Below, one piece after another: positions 20,401 through 24,108 of a stretch of 24,108 bases of DNA; position 1 is the first letter of the stretch; each line of letters opens with the position of its first letter. Position numbers and translations under genes: made by a program. Source of the DNA: Octopus sinensis (Eukaryota); NCBI RefSeq assembly GCF_006345805.1, contig NW_021836461.1:1-24108 (forward strand), read 5' to 3'. A model generated the notes under the pieces. It saw only the letters and a program-made list of their open reading frames with translations. It was not told the origin of the DNA and ran no database searches.

Positions 20401-20469
20401 TATATATATATATATATCCGTGGGGCAGACGGGTATGTTGGATTGTTGGTATGGCTGTGTTTGTATATG

Positions 20470-21545
20470 CGCCCCACACATAATAATCAAGAGGGTTGTA
20501 GTCTGAGGAGTTAGGTGGCCAGATGTTAGGGTTGATGTGGTCGCAAAAGTTTTCTGACAGCCATGACTGGGTTCTCCTGCTTGTGTGGCATGGTGCAGAA
20601 GTCCTGTTGTCAGACATAGGTTCTTTCAGAAGCTACCCTTTTGACCCAGGGCAGCACTACCTCCTTCAGGTACTTGATGTAGACTACCGTGCGGAGTCTG
20701 AGGCCAAGTGGGAAGATGAATGGAGGCATGACGTCGCCATCACTAGTGATCACTTCAATCACCATGATGTTGACTGGATATTTGATTTTTATCACTCTCG
20801 GTACATGTTTTGGGAACACGGTTGTTCTGTGTGTTCACCATCTGATCCTGGCTGAAATTTTTCTCGGATGAGAAATAAAGCAAAGCATGTTCGGTTGGAG
20901 ATGTTTGTTCAAAAGCTTCGTAGCGCGGTCTTTCTTCTTGTCTTTGATGGCTTGGGATAAAAATTGGCCCTTTCTCATCTTGTATGAGAAATGCCGAATG
21001 CTTTCATGCACTACCTGCCTTATAAGAAACTCGGACACTTCCATGTCCCTTGCGTTGGATTTGATTGACTAGAAGGGATCGTTGTCAATCATGACCTGGA
21101 TCTCACCAACAAATTCAGAAGTGCTTTTCTTATCAGAGTGGAGGCGCGTGGCTTAGTGGTTAGGGTGCTGAACTCATGATCGTAAGGTTGTGGTTTCGAT
21201 TCCTGAACCGGGCGACACGTGGTGCTCTTGAGCAAAATACTTTATTTCACGTTGCTCCAGTCCACTCAGCTGGCAAAAAAGAGTAATCCCGCGACGGACC
21301 GGCGTCCCGTCCAGGTGGGGAATTTCTACGCCACTGAAACCGGAAAATCGGCCCTTATGAGCCTAGCATGGCTCGAGAAGGAACTTTTATTATTATTTTT
21401 TTTTTTTATCAGAACGATCAGAGTGAATTGTTTTTCTCACAGACCGTGCCCAGCTAACCCTAGTAGTCGACAAAATCAAAAACAAACAATGCGCATGGGC
21501 GAAATAAAAAATATATAAAATAGCAACAATTTACCCATCACACCC

Positions 21546-21547
<2 letters not shown>
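20470..21547 (-). pseudogene. DD37D (maT) Tc1/mariner transposon, inactivated
   Basis: Broken ORF: ...SYKMRKGQFLS...FSxEKNF...VITSDGDVMPPFIF...YV*QQD SAPCHTS...WPPNSSDYNPLDYYVWG. 37 residues between D2 and D3 after correcting a +1 frameshift; left TIR CAGGGTGTGATGGGTAAATTG ends at 21547. Confidence 0.9.
21138..21405 (+). mobile_element. SINE family D inserted in the maT transposase
   Basis: TSD TTATCAGA at 21130-21137 and 21406-21413. Confidence 0.9.
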
Positions 21548-21584
<37 letters not shown>

Positions 21585-21586
<2 letters not shown>

Positions 21587-22050
21587 TATATATAAAAATA
21601 CAAAATGGGACAAGAACGCAAAACACACAAAGAGACGACACAAAAATCGGACGGGTCATTCGAAGCCTCTAATCTTCAGTCAGGAACCGGATCATCCTAG
21701 CAATTTCGGCTGATTAATCCTGATATCGCTCTGATCCGGCCAGCCCCAAGGAAAAAGTAAGCTGCAAGCATTAGATTTCCTGGAAAAAGGATCGAATGTA
21801 TACGAAACAAGGACAGAAAAACGGACGAGGCCACGCGAATATAAATACAAAAAATAAAAATAAAAAAATAAAAAACAAGAATAGTAATAACAGGACAAAA
21901 ACAGCGGGTCTCTTACGACTTAAGACAGTTTAACTTATCTTAGCTGGCGTATTTTGAAATAAATGCCTTTGCGGCAGAGGAATAAAACGGTGTTGTCGTG
22001 GCGGCGGTCAAAGGCCGAAAGGCTAGTTAACCAGCGGTCACGTGAGAGGA
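21585..22050 (-). mobile_element. Unclassified repeat homologous to 9620-10110
   Basis: Shared TCACGTGACCG start, CTTGGGGC(C/T)GGCC...GCCGAA...TGAAGATT...CGAATG core and CGTTCTTGT(T/C)CCATTTT end. Confidence 0.6.
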
Positions 22051-22129
22051 GAGAAGAAGAGAGAGAAAACCAGGGGGATAAGTAATTAAAGAGAGAGAGA
22101 GAAAAAGAGGGACAAAGGCACCAAGGGGG

Positions 22130-22186
<57 letters not shown>

Positions 22187-22194
22187 TTAGAGAT

Positions 22195-22252
<58 letters not shown>

Positions 22253-22253
<1 letters not shown>

Positions 22254-22408
22254 GGAGTGGGTGTGTGGTTAAGTAGCTTGTTTACCAACTACATGGTTCG
22301 GGTTCAGTCCCACGGCGTGGCACCTGGGCAACTATCTTCTACTATAGCCTCGGGCCGACTAAAGCCTTGTGAGTGGATTGGTAGACGAAAACTGAAAGAA
22401 GCCCGTCG

Positions 22409-22491
<83 letters not shown>

Positions 22492-22710
22492 GCTGTGTGT
22501 GTTGTGTGTCGTGTTTGTCCCCTAGCATTGTTGAAAACCGATGCTGATGTGTTATGTCCCCGTACTTAGCGGTTCGGCAAAAGATCCGATAGAATAAGTA
22601 CTCGGCTTACAAAAGAATAAGTCCCGGGGTCGAGTTGCTCGACTAAAGGCGGTGCTCCAGCATAGCCACAGTCAAATGACTGAAACAAGTAAAAAAGAGT
22701 AAAAAGAATA
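22253..22710 (+). mobile_element. SINE family A, full length
   Basis: Complete architecture. Confidence 0.9.
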
Positions 22711-22795
22711 CATACACACACCCACACACACACACACACACATATATATATTATATATTATATATATTATATATATATATATGCATAATATAGAG

Positions 22796-22826
<31 letters not shown>

Positions 22827-23194
22827 CAGACAAACATGCATTTATTTATGTATATAAATGTGTGTGTATATATGTGTATATATGCATACATACATACATA
22901 CATACATGCATACATACATACATATTATATATATATATATATATATAGACACATCCACACACACACAAGCATATATACCAATACATGCATGTGTGTTCAT
23001 ACACACAAACACACACATATATAACTCAAAATATGAGTTTATGTATATCTTTATTTAGCAGAGGCAACAAAGTGTCTCGGGGGCCGATAGTTTCGTACAT
23101 TGGCACTTACCAAGCTAGTTTGACACACACACACGCACACACACACACACAACGCACCAACCGCACACAAATTCATTATACAAGTATATACCTT

Positions 23195-23413
23195 TTCTTT
23201 TTATTACAACAAGGGGCTAAACATAGAGGGAAACAAACAAGGACAGACATAGGTATTAAGTTGATTACATCGTCCCAGTGCGTAACTGGTACTTATTTAT
23301 CGACCCCGAAAGGATGAAAGGCAAAGTCGACCTCGGCGGAATTGAAACTCAGAACGAAAGACAGACGAAATACCGCTAAGCATTTCGCCCGGCGCGCTAA
23401 CGTTTCTGCCAGC
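23195..23413 (-). mobile_element. SINE family B, one body
   Basis: High similarity to the other B copies. Confidence 0.88.
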
Positions 23414-23699
23414 GTGTATGCATGTTTACATATATCCATATGAGCGTCTATGTACACAAGCCTACACGTATACAATAGACATATACAGATATATATATCT
23501 GTTTACCACAGCCTACTTTCTTTCCTCCTCACGCTCTCTCTCGCTCTCTCTCAACCCCCCTCTCTCATACTATCACTATCTTTCCTTTTATAACACTTTT
23601 TTCATATCACCCTATCACTCACACTACGACCCAGCATCGCTCACACCGCAACAATGCAGTCTCTTAACCACACATTTCCCTTCTTCCTTTCCTCCTCTT

Positions 23700-24108
23700 A
23701 CCCTGTTCACTGCACTTCTCTCGCAGTTACAAGGTGCACCTCCCTCCTCGATTCACTCTCACAGCATTTTTCTCTTTTAATGCCACCATGCACCTCTCTC
23801 TTTCACCCCCTTTTACTGCACCTCTCTCTTAAGACGAAAGAGCAACTCTCAAATTTGCTCTCGTTTACTGCACTTCCATCTTATTAGCACATCACCCCTG
23901 TTTTTCTCTGCACTTCTCTCTCAGAACCAAAATGCATCTCTCTCATTTCGCTGCATTTTTCTTGCAGAATCATGCTGCATCTCTCTCATTCAAACTCTTT
24001 CACTGCACTTCTCTCTCAGGACCAAACTGCATCTCTCTCTTTCACTGCATCTCTCTTTCACTGCACTTTTTTCAAAATACATCACAGCGTCTCTCTCTTT
24101 CAAACTCT
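23700..24108. repeat. Pyrimidine-rich complex minisatellite (TGCAY-CT-rich units), runs off the window
   Basis: About a dozen TGCAC/TGCAT + CTCTCT motifs with variable spacers. Confidence 0.7.

Overview
Eukaryotic, AT-rich, repeat-saturated non-coding DNA. I found no host-gene exon, intact ORF, true tRNA/rRNA gene or CRISPR array. The SINE set and TTAGGG tract suggest a mollusc, most likely an octopus (inference from recall of repeat families, not a database search). Five tRNA-headed SINE families are present, labelled A-E here because I cannot reliably map them to published names; many are nested and several have clear target-site duplications (TSDs). Other elements: a 3' fragment of a CR1-type LINE, RTE-type LINE 3' ends, a dead DD37D (maT) Tc1/mariner transposon, hAT-like MITEs, two foldback elements, Penelope-like termini with minimal hammerhead-ribozyme motifs, and abundant microsatellites. 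Nearly all ORFs in the supplied track are microsatellite or SINE artefacts. Most notable observations: (1) a set of minimal type-I hammerhead motifs, one inside a 163-bp tandem unit, three of which share a downstream GAGCG motif able to compete for stem II; (2) a ~575-bp foldback with a (TTAGGG)n loop; (3) a CR1 3' end that shares a covarying stem-loop and tail with SINE-A and is fused to a tRNA-like 5' half; (4) multimeric SINE-B arrays; (5) a 4-nt micro-inversion that removed the first catalytic Asp of the maT transposase.
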